Assembly: GCF_001949145.1 (NCBI RefSeq)
Contig: NW_019091361.1
Location: 2,176,919 to 2,240,918 of the forward strand
Direction: 5' to 3'
DNA length: 64,000 nucleotides
From: Acanthaster planci
Taxonomy: Eukaryota
Shown: positions 54,260 to 64,000 of the stretch, in pieces
How positions within the stretch are numbered: position 1 is the first letter of the stretch
How the letters are laid out: every line of letters starts with the position of its first letter
Notes under the pieces: generated by a model
What the model saw: the letters and a program-made list of their open reading frames with translations, nothing else
Told to the model about the DNA's origin: nothing
Database searches by the model: none
Position numbers and translations under genes: made by a program

Positions 54260-57200
54260 TGGTACCAGTTCTTCCCAAAGACGGTGTTGAAGTGAAAACC
54301 TGGACTGCTGTAGATGCTGTCACTAGGACTGAGAATCAGGAATCAGTACCTAGGACAATGTACCTTTCAGGTTAAGTGGTCACCAGTTGATTTTAAATTT
54401 GATTCATTTTATATTTGTGGTGCATGCAGCTTTGCACTTTGCTTAGGTAAAATATCCTGTGCTTTTGTCTCCCAAGAACTGCTTCAGAGCGGTGCTAAAT
54501 GCTTTCCTGCTGTCTGAGCCCTACGTCTGCCAACAACCAATGTGCGAGATCAGTCGGTGATCATCTGTGCTGAGACGACGATCCCTTGATCTGTTTCTTC
54601 GGTGATGCGATAAAAATAACTCCCTCCCTTCACATCCAGATCAATAGTCTAGGGTGAATAAATAAACAGATGCCACTCCATCTGCAAACAGGGGAGGGGG
54701 AGAGAAAATAAGAGTGAAATAAATTTCGTTGCAGTCAAGTTTTCTTGCCTGCCTTTCGAAACCGATTCCGGAGCAATTTTATTTTGGGTTCGACTGAAAT
54801 AAATTTGACTGTCAACACAACTTATGGACCTGGAACAGAGCCAAGTATGACTGCTGTTTTTAACTCTTCAACAGTCAGAAAAAACCCTGATATCATCAGT
54901 CTTTGACAATTGTTCAGTTGAAGAATAAGTATTCTTAGTCAAAGATAATGCTGGCATTGTATGCATTGCTTTCTGTCAGCTTCTATGGAAAAATATGCAC
55001 TGCAGGACAAACTGCATAAAATTCAATTACAGGGCAATAAATAAACCCAAGAATCTTACTGGTAATCAACTGAAGATTTCTGTCCAACAATTCCGAAAAA
55101 ATCATAGGTAAAGAAATGTAATTATGAATCCACAAATTGTATGCACAAGTATTCTCGCCATCTACTGGTACACTACATTGTACATGTACATATGCATAAA
55201 TGTACATGTGCATACATGTACATATACAGTACACATATTATCATACAGTAATTGATAATGAAAGGTACATGAACCCACAGTGTGCATACATGTACATAGA
55301 TGGAAACATGTACATGTACATCTCCGCAATGCAAAGACATACAGAACTGTTTTATAAAGAAATAGCTACACGTATATGAATGTATTCAGGCAAGGTCACA
55401 AACTTAAAACAGAAACTTGTACTGTACACAAGTTACAATGACAAAAGCACATTAAAGAGAAACAGTGAACTCTAGGCCCCGGAGAAGGAAAAAAAAGTTC
55501 AACAGCTAAACTTCCCCCAACGATTGTACTAATCGTTAACTCTCGTCTATTGTCTACACGTACGTCTACATGCACTGGTAACATGCATTTCATATTTCAA
55601 TTTCAGTTAATTTGTTTACCGGTACTTGACGAAACACTGATGTAGACGTGCTCTTAAAGCATAAACACAATGTGTAAAGATAGGGTCCCAACGACATACC
55701 GGTACAAAGGGGGGGTTCATTAAACAAATTTCAAACTTCTCTACGGGTAACCAGCCAATTCACCCACTCATTTTTACACTTTGCATAATATTCTAGAAGC
55801 ACCCATCAACCCTCTAACTCTCGAGTCAACAGCCATCACTCACAGAAAAATTAACTTTACACACTGTGTCCTCGCAAGCTAGAGGGTAGAATGCAATCAT
55901 GCGAGCCAGCCAAAATCTCATCATTTCTGCATTGGGGAATTCCTCTGTGGGCAAGACCCTTGGGGCTGCCAGAAATGGCCCCAAATCAGTGTGTTTACGG
56001 CTGTGCGTTTTACCTGAATGCATAATGTGCAGATAGAGACCTCAGGGGCATGAAAGAAATATTCCAAAGATTTTGAGGTTGTTCTATAGAGAATGAAATT
56101 TTCATCGCCAAACGTCCCCTAACAGCCTAAAAGTCTGTCCTAAACATGTTTCCAATGACACGTAGGTGAATGAAATACATCAGTGTGACATATGACTTAC
56201 ATGTACATGTACAGTATTTACAGTCACCAAAAATGAGCCAAAATGTTCAAAATTCGTTTTAAATTGTTGACATGAAAATTATTCTTTAAAAATGGATGAC
56301 TTCAAGTTTCATTTTGCATTTCAAAATGTTTGGTCAGACAAACCCCATGCACTGTGCAAGGATGAACATGTTCAGTTAACCGCTACTATTTTAAAATAGT
56401 AAAAATATCACTCATTAGTTTCAGAAAGTAATCCTAAACCAACATGGCCAAAATAAATGGGACCACTGCTAATCTGCGTTACATGTACCTTTGTACATGT
56501 ATATTAAACAATGATGTTTTCAACAGTGAAAATTCATGCAAGACATGTGAGTATGTTGTGTACATGTATGTCACTTGGTTCATGCAATGCACATAGTACA
56601 TGTGCCATAGCGGTATGACAGCGTAATTGTATGTTAACAATCCTTACCTCCAACAGACAAGAGCCAGTTGATGAGCATGGATTCATTAAAGGGGATGCCA
56701 TGCACATCACAAGCCATGGCTGGGCAAGGAGAGCTCAAGTTTTCCAAAATGTATTAATTTCCAGCATGGCAGTTTTTCAATCATCTTTGAATTAACCTGA
56801 AATTCATGTACTATGCATGTACATGCAGATGTGTACAAACACTGCATGAGAATGATTTCTGAAGTAGCAGGAGTACACTGGTGCTGGTGTGTGCATTGTC
56901 ACACTTGTGACTTTTGGCAAATATTTACACGTGTAAGAGATACATGTGCTTGTATTAAAAAAATTATTTAGTTACACACACATGTACACATACATTTTGT
57001 ACATGTGATTACTAAGTCCACTGGAGAGAGTCTAATCATGAAAATCTACTTACATGTACAGGTACATCTGCCTCCTGTTGCCATGGCTACAACCATATGC
57101 TTCTTTATACATTTTTGATGAGTTAAGGACATCTGTTGCTGCGTGCCTAGACATTCCTACTTTTGCATGACTCTGCATGCCAACTGAATTTGTCTCACTT

Positions 57201-57514
57201 CCCTTGGCCAAACTCAGTTCCCATTGGTTAACAATTCCTATGTCAAGGGCTTGCACTGCGCAATGACCCGCAAATACACTGTACCAAGACTTGTACATGT
57301 ACTGGGACTAAAACAGAAGATTTCTCTGAGATGTGGGAGGGCAGCGTTGGTGGGGGATGAAGCATTAAAAACAATATACATAGATCATCAATGCTCATCA
57401 CTGCTGACGCACATTTGCATGTACAGTGTGCAACACGTACACTTGTCTTAGGCCGAGACATGACAGGGAGTCAAAATGGCATTATAAGTGATGGCTGTTT
57501 CCTTGTCTTCCACC

Positions 57515-57650
57515 TTCTGCAGCCCGGATTCAAATCCCACCTACATGTACAATGTACGTCTACAAGCAGAGTGGGTTTCCAGTCCCTCCCTGATTCCATG
57601 GATTTTCCCCTGAATCAATGAATACGGGGTTTTCCTCCCGCCTCTAAAGA
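57515..57650 (+). mobile_element. Degenerate tRNA-derived SINE (V-SINE-like)
   Basis: ggattcaaatccc B-box-like motif followed by gtgggtttcc and ggggttttcctccc. Confidence 0.4.
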
Positions 57651-59976
57651 TCGGTTCATACACTACATGTGCACATGTATGTACATGGACATGTAGGTGA
57701 GTGGGGAAAATGAGGCGCACTTGACGTCACAAGAAGGTGTAGAGAAATCTCGCTCAAGTCGAAATGTGTTAAATTTGTTACACATTTAAAGCACATAGCT
57801 GTACACCCACACTTACCTTACCGGGACATACCTAGTGTGGACATTCCTTTCTTTTCCTGCAGTTAAGAAAACTCAGTGAAAATACTTGTTTTTCCTGAAC
57901 TGGGTTTAACACGATTTTCAGCTCTATTTTTGTAAAAGGTTTCCCTGACTTTTCCTTTTACGACAGATGACCCCTACCCTAAATTCCTCTAAACTTCTTT
58001 TTCAGAGAAAGGGAAACGTCCTGTGGACGTATAAGTCCACAGAACGTCTTCCTTTCCTGCATCGTGTGGACATCTTTTGTTCACAAGTCCATACTAGGTA
58101 TGTAAGGTCAGCGCATTTGATCCGATGTCCCAAACACACCTTTTTGACCGGAAAGTGCCTTGAATGGCTACAAAACTCAGGCATGTTCATGGCATGAGCC
58201 ATCATACTATAAAGTTGTGTACATCAGGTACACTGGTGAGACTGGCCACTGTTCAGGGATTTTGTCTGTAATGCTGGGGGTATTATCCAACGGACCAGTC
58301 AAATGCTTTCACGGTCTGACATTTACATGAAGCTGAATCCCAAATGGTTTAGTACTCTATGTTGTGGTGTATATCCAACCATCATGCGATGAGCATCTGC
58401 CATAATTCATGGTACATGTGCATGTACTTTAAGTGTATGAGGTACCACTTGGAATTCCTTGAGTAGGCCTGCCGCATGCACCAAGACTGGACATCAGTAC
58501 AGTTTGTCTCTCATGGAAAGTGCCCTCTACTATTACTATTATTCAGCTGCATGCTTGCCAGTGCACGCATTGCGCACGTGCTGTATGTACCGGTTGACAA
58601 AATAAACGCGAATCCAGTCTTGGCCCAAGACTGGTACATACAGTACCCTACCTGTCAGGGTATACGGTCCATGTAACTTGCCCTGCAAACATGTCACCCA
58701 TTATAATGAAGTACATAAGTACTATACGTCCTTCATGAATGACAGGATGACAAATTAGGTGGTTAGTCAATTTGTCCTTCAGTGAATGCTGCAGAATTGG
58801 ACTGGTATATTGATTGGGTTGTTTGTCCATGGTCTACCTGTGTGTAAATTAGTAAAGATGGAAGTGAGATATGGATCTGTTGACAGGCATGACTGAAAAC
58901 CAAGCACTGTAACTTCTCCTGAGGGTACACTGGCCTTTGTTCAGCCAAGAGGAAAATGCACCGTCGCATTTTGGAAAAATTGGTGAATCTTGGAAATGTA
59001 CAGGCGGACACCCAAACAGATAAGAAGTAGTAAATCTGTAATATTGTTTACATTACAAATAAGTAAATGTTGGGGGGAGGGCGATTTGCAGCAAGTTGTG
59101 CCAACCTGAAGTGTGTGTCAATTCACGGCAATCATAAGAAATACACACAGAAAAAGAAACAGTACATGTATTTTTCCACTACCTCCTTGAAATGGACCAA
59201 GGTCCTGTTAGCAGTTAATTGTTTGAGATGGGCTACAATGGAAGTTTCAGGTCATACTCCAATGGCTGCATGAAGTTCTTTAAGTGGGTACCACTCCTTG
59301 AAGAAAAATGCTTATGGTCAGCTTCAGATAAAAGAAATAGCTTGGATTCCTTTCAAGGGTTCCAGCTGGTAAATTTTGAATAATAACCTAGCTATAATGT
59401 TATAGCAGTAGCTAAGTGCACGTTTTGCAATCATTTTAGGATATACATGTGACGGTATATACATGTAGCTATTTACCTTTTCTGTGCAAAGCTGAATGCC
59501 GCTTTTTTTCTTTACAATTGTTCAGGATTATACGTGTAGTAAATGTGTAAATATTTTCCTTTTGGCGGGGGGGGGAGGTAACTGACAGCCGTAATCTACG
59601 TATATGTACCGCTCCAAGTGACTTTCAGTGATGTCACTTGGACATGAACACTAGGATCCGAATCACGATCAGTCATCATTCGTTGGTTTACAGACACTAA
59701 GATTCGCCCAATGGATGGTGCAAACCAGCGTTGGGACTACTGATCCCAAACCAGATCTGTGTGAAACAAACAGACTAGCTGTCTGTAATTAGCAGATTCC
59801 AACAGCATGATATGTACGGTACAGTACATGTATTGGTATACCGGGACAACAGAAGTGATGCTACAAACACTCAGTTTCAGTTTTCTCAATAAAATCACAC
59901 CTAAATTCGAGCACCAACTGGCATGACTGGGCTCGGTTTTCGCTGCTATGGATAAATACCAACAAATGGGCACACG

Positions 59977-60088
59977 TACATGTACATGTACATATACAGT
60001 ACGGTACCGGTGCATATACATTTGTACATGTACATGTATATATACAGTACGGTACCGGTGCATATATACATTTGTACATGTACATGTA
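59977..60088. repeat. Tandem repeat, about 50-bp unit, about 2 copies
   Basis: tacatgtacatgta..tatacagtacggtaccggtgcatatacatttg is repeated. Confidence 0.8.
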
Positions 60089-63000
60089 GCAGTGCATGAA
60101 TTACCAAACAACGATGCATGCTGAGCAGCCCACTGAGTAAAAACATAGAAAGTTTGTCATGAAAGGTGAGATGAGCCACATGTTGATGTTTCATATCTTC
60201 ACACTGCCCAACCAGGAGATGTTTGTCTAACTGTCTTGCACCAACACCAATGAACGCTGACAGGATATTGGCGAGTGCATCAGACAGTGTGCATGTTCTA
60301 ATTACTTTCTACTGGGACTTGTTAAAGGGAAATGTACGTGTACAAGCTGGCTATAACATCTTCTTGTCATCAGCCCTGGGAATAAATTAATGTGCCACGG
60401 TATTCCCCAGGGGTGGCATGCGCCATGGGCTACAGTCTACAAATTGTCACACCAATTGCCATCACACAGAGCAACCTAGCTTTCTGAGGATTCTTAATCT
60501 ACATGCGATTCCTAATTAGGCCCTGGTGATCAGAGAATAGCCTTCTCACATTCCATTTAATTTTATCTGAGATTTTGGAAAAGTAAAACATCCCCATTTT
60601 AAATGTACAGCAAAGGCCAATAGCAAATACGTATATTTATCATATTGATGTACATGTACCTAAATTGAATTGAACATCACTTCATAAAACTGCCCAAAAA
60701 GTCAACCCTAAAATTAACCCTAATATTGGTAAACTGTCAGTATTTCTGCAAGGAGCCTTCCTAAAATCCATCAATACCGGTATACTTGTAGCACTTCTTC
60801 AGTTTCATGATGTTTCAATATGTTTAACCACTTAACAAAATTCAAACCTCATCTCTAGATTTTGAAGGGGGAACTTTTAATCATTTGGCATTCTCTGTGA
60901 GAGCCTTCTGCCCAAAGTTTTTTTTTTTATCACAGATGTTGGCAAATTATTTGAACGGGCCCAAAAGAATTGCCTGACAAGGTTTAATCACCAGCTGTTT
61001 TCACCCTTGATGAACTACCGGTACTTGTACTAGTACTTTGCAGTATACATGCTCTACAAAGATGTGCGTGCGCTGTTCAGGCACCGAGAGCACTTTTCAC
61101 AAGACGGAATTCTTTGGTACCCTCACTGTCAATTCATTTGGCATCCTGTCGGTGCTCATAGGGACCCACTTGTTCCAAGGGTACACTGTGCAAAAGTTTC
61201 ACTTGCTGTGGTATGTTCCACCTGCAAGGACCCAGATCAGAATGATTATAGATCTTCCCCAGATCAATAAGGAAATGGAAAACACAACTACATGTAATTC
61301 GTAACCCATTGAAGCAAAAAAACCAAAAAGGAAAGGAGATTCAAGCAATGTATGTAACATTTATTTAAATGTTTACAATAAATGTATACACCATGCACGC
61401 AGAATTCTTACAAGGATAATTCCAGAAATTAGGGGTCCATTTTTGTTTTGTGTCCCCGTCACATCTGACATATGAGTTTGTAAGTTCAGAACACATTTTC
61501 TAATTTCCAAGAGTGATGCATTAATGCAAATTATCTGCAAAACAAATAGCAACAGTTTGAAATCAATGCCGGTGATATTTCCATGTCAAACAACAAAGGT
61601 CAAATGTAACAGGGACACAAAAATGTCACACTTTTGGACCCTAATTTCTGGAATTACCTACAAACACAATGTCTTTCAGCTCTCAATGGCTTGGGAAGCA
61701 AGCGACCTAACAGTGAGGCAACTTGGGCGAGGGATGGCACGGGGAGATCCTTTCCCCTGTTGAGGTCTGTGCCCGCCTCATTTCAAAATGTATCCTGTGA
61801 ATATTTATGTACCGGTACAAGCCATACCATAGTTATGCAGCTTTCTGTGCCAACCTCCCTGAGAAAAAATGCATGCATTCCCGGCTGTCCCTCCCCCCCC
61901 AAATTACCCTAGTTATGCCCTGGTTACGCTACGGCAAAGAACCAAAGCTAAATGTCCAAACCCTCCGAACTAATTTTCATAGGATCAACTTCAAAACTAA
62001 AAAGGCTGACTTCATCTAATGACATCACATTATATAGCGTCAAACAATGCGCAAGTTCGGGCGTGAACTATAGTTCAACCAGTAGTCAGATGCTTTTTAA
62101 CAATGCACATGTGCAATTCAGTTACACATGAACAACCCCAGTCGGCCTATCTTTTAAAATATCATCAGTGCTCACATTTCACTGTTGACTGTGAATTTCG
62201 CAGTACACATGGTCATTGAAATCTGGTATAGTTATTTTCATGTGAATGGTTCCCTCCTTAATTGATTTTTACATCACCATTTGGGGTTAGGGTTAACCCA
62301 AACCCCAAATCCCATCATATTAAAATTGGAGGATTGAGGATTGTTATGGGTTAATTAAAAATGAAATGGGTCACTGATAACCAGCGGTGTAACCAAACCC
62401 TGGAGCATGGTCCCAAATGATGGTAGTCCAAACCATCCATCGTTTGGGCAGTGTTAGTCACACACAGTCACATGTAACTACAGTCGTCGCTCAAACTTGC
62501 CCACAATGGGATTGAACAAGAACAGTGCATAAATTGGTATGCATGTATGCACACTATGTGTTACTGATACCTGATATACACACGCATAGGTATTAATAAT
62601 GTACATGTAAATGTGTGACAAGTCACAGCAGCTCTAGTGTTCAGTGCACAAGGTGTGTGTACATGGTTTCCCATTAGTCTAATGTGAAATAGAGTACACC
62701 TAATGACAGTTTTCACTGGAATGTGCTCAATTCCCAGTTGGTTCTGTAACACCCTAAATGTAGGTGGGTGCCCAGTGCATACAGAACTGTGCGTTTGCAG
62801 GTGTTTTTGAACTGGATACCTTTTTTCTGTATTAACAGCACGCCTTTTTTAATTATACCGGTACATGTACCAGCATGGAGCTGGCTACATGTACATGGAT
62901 TTGCAATTAGCAGGTTGTTCTGCTAGTAATCCTTGATAATAACTACATTAATGAAGCTCAAACATAAATGCCTCAGCACTTTTTTTTTTACCTGTACTTA

Positions 63001-64000
63001 ATCAGGGGTGAGATTTGATGAGATGGAAATATCCACAAAATAATGAAAAGCAGCGTAGAGTCTTTGGTTTACATTTGTGTTTGCCTGACGCACCACTTAA
63101 CATACGGTACCCATTTCTTGTGTTCTACATTGTACCGGTATATCAACTTTTATACGTATTAAACACCACCTTAATAATAAATTCTGGATTTTCCACATTT
63201 TGAAAGAGATTGTCTAAAGATCCTGAAATCGGGGGGAAAAAAACAGAATTACATGTACATGTTGCTACTGACATCAGCGGTGAGGTACATGTACCTGGGT
63301 GCTTGGCACATGCAAGCCTAGCATAGTGTGTAGAGGCCGGTTCACATTTCCTTCACCCCTCTCTGTCAACACCAAACACACATACATCTACATCTGTACT
63401 AACACTGACAGTAACAGAGTCTCAATGACTGTCTATATTTGGGCTGTGTCTCACGGTATGCACATGTACTCAGGATCATCAGGGTTATACCTTTGACTAT
63501 GTTTGCCCCGTACATTGCCTTAGTCAGATGGTCAGATCAAGTGTATATTGAGCATCTCCACGGAAATTGTTGACTAGCACAGATTATGTGTAAACTCTTG
63601 CGCTTTCCACACTAGTCACTTGTTGGCAAAGCACTTCTTAAAGTGGAAAAAGTTAGATATTATACAGCATGTACAATGACTAACTTGATGCTTACCAAAA
63701 TTTGTTTGAATCGCGATGAAGATTGATTCCCAGGCTCAACACTACCATCCTAGGCACCATGAGAGATCCTCCTCTAGCAATCTCCTCTGATGGACAAGCT
63801 GCATCAGCTGGAAGAAGTTGAACAGAAATGATTCAGCACTAGTTACAGTGTCTTCAGGGCTGCATGCAAGTGTCTTGGCTGTAGCTGCTACGAATCCAGA
63901 GGTGAAGGATTCTGCAAGCAAGCGCATATCTGGAACATGTACTGCGCACAAACCAATTGAACTTCGTGCTCAACCCACTGGATCCAGAATGGCTGCAACG

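Noticed and set aside
63696..64000. Possible coding exon at the window end
   Set aside because: All minus-strand frames contain stops. One plus-strand frame is open but has no clear start or homology. It may be a UTR exon.
1..64000. CRISPR array or prokaryotic defence system
   Set aside because: No repeat-spacer array or operon structure; the sequence is intron-containing animal DNA.

Overview
Eukaryotic genomic DNA with introns, SINEs, LINEs, MITEs and an N-gap. It most likely comes from a marine invertebrate deuterostome such as an echinoderm, but that is an inference from gene and repeat style. Five protein-coding genes were rebuilt by hand from splice sites and reading-frame continuity. 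(1) An 8-exon CD73/ecto-5'-nucleotidase-like gene (+, 2097-21137) is intact but has lost most metal-ligand and substrate-binding residues. Its intron 5 holds an RTE-type LINE remnant abutting a decayed DIRS retrotransposon. (2) An intronless 3-Ig-domain receptor with a tyrosine-motif tail (-, 22277-23770). (3) HACD3/PTPLAD1 (-, 11 exons, 25976-38985), with a GC-AG intron and exon 9 duplicated across the assembly gap. (4) An 8-exon divergent non-RD protein kinase of about 936 aa (-, 41448-46277). Its N-terminus is built from phase-2 exons carrying [RK]VxP motifs, and a nested palindrome lies just upstream. (5) A MYORG-like GH31 glycosidase (-, 51868-54259) with substituted sugar-pocket residues. 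The strongest candidates for new biology are the intact pseudo-nucleotidase and the VxP-repeat kinase. Residue comparisons to human proteins are from recalled motifs, not from computed alignments.
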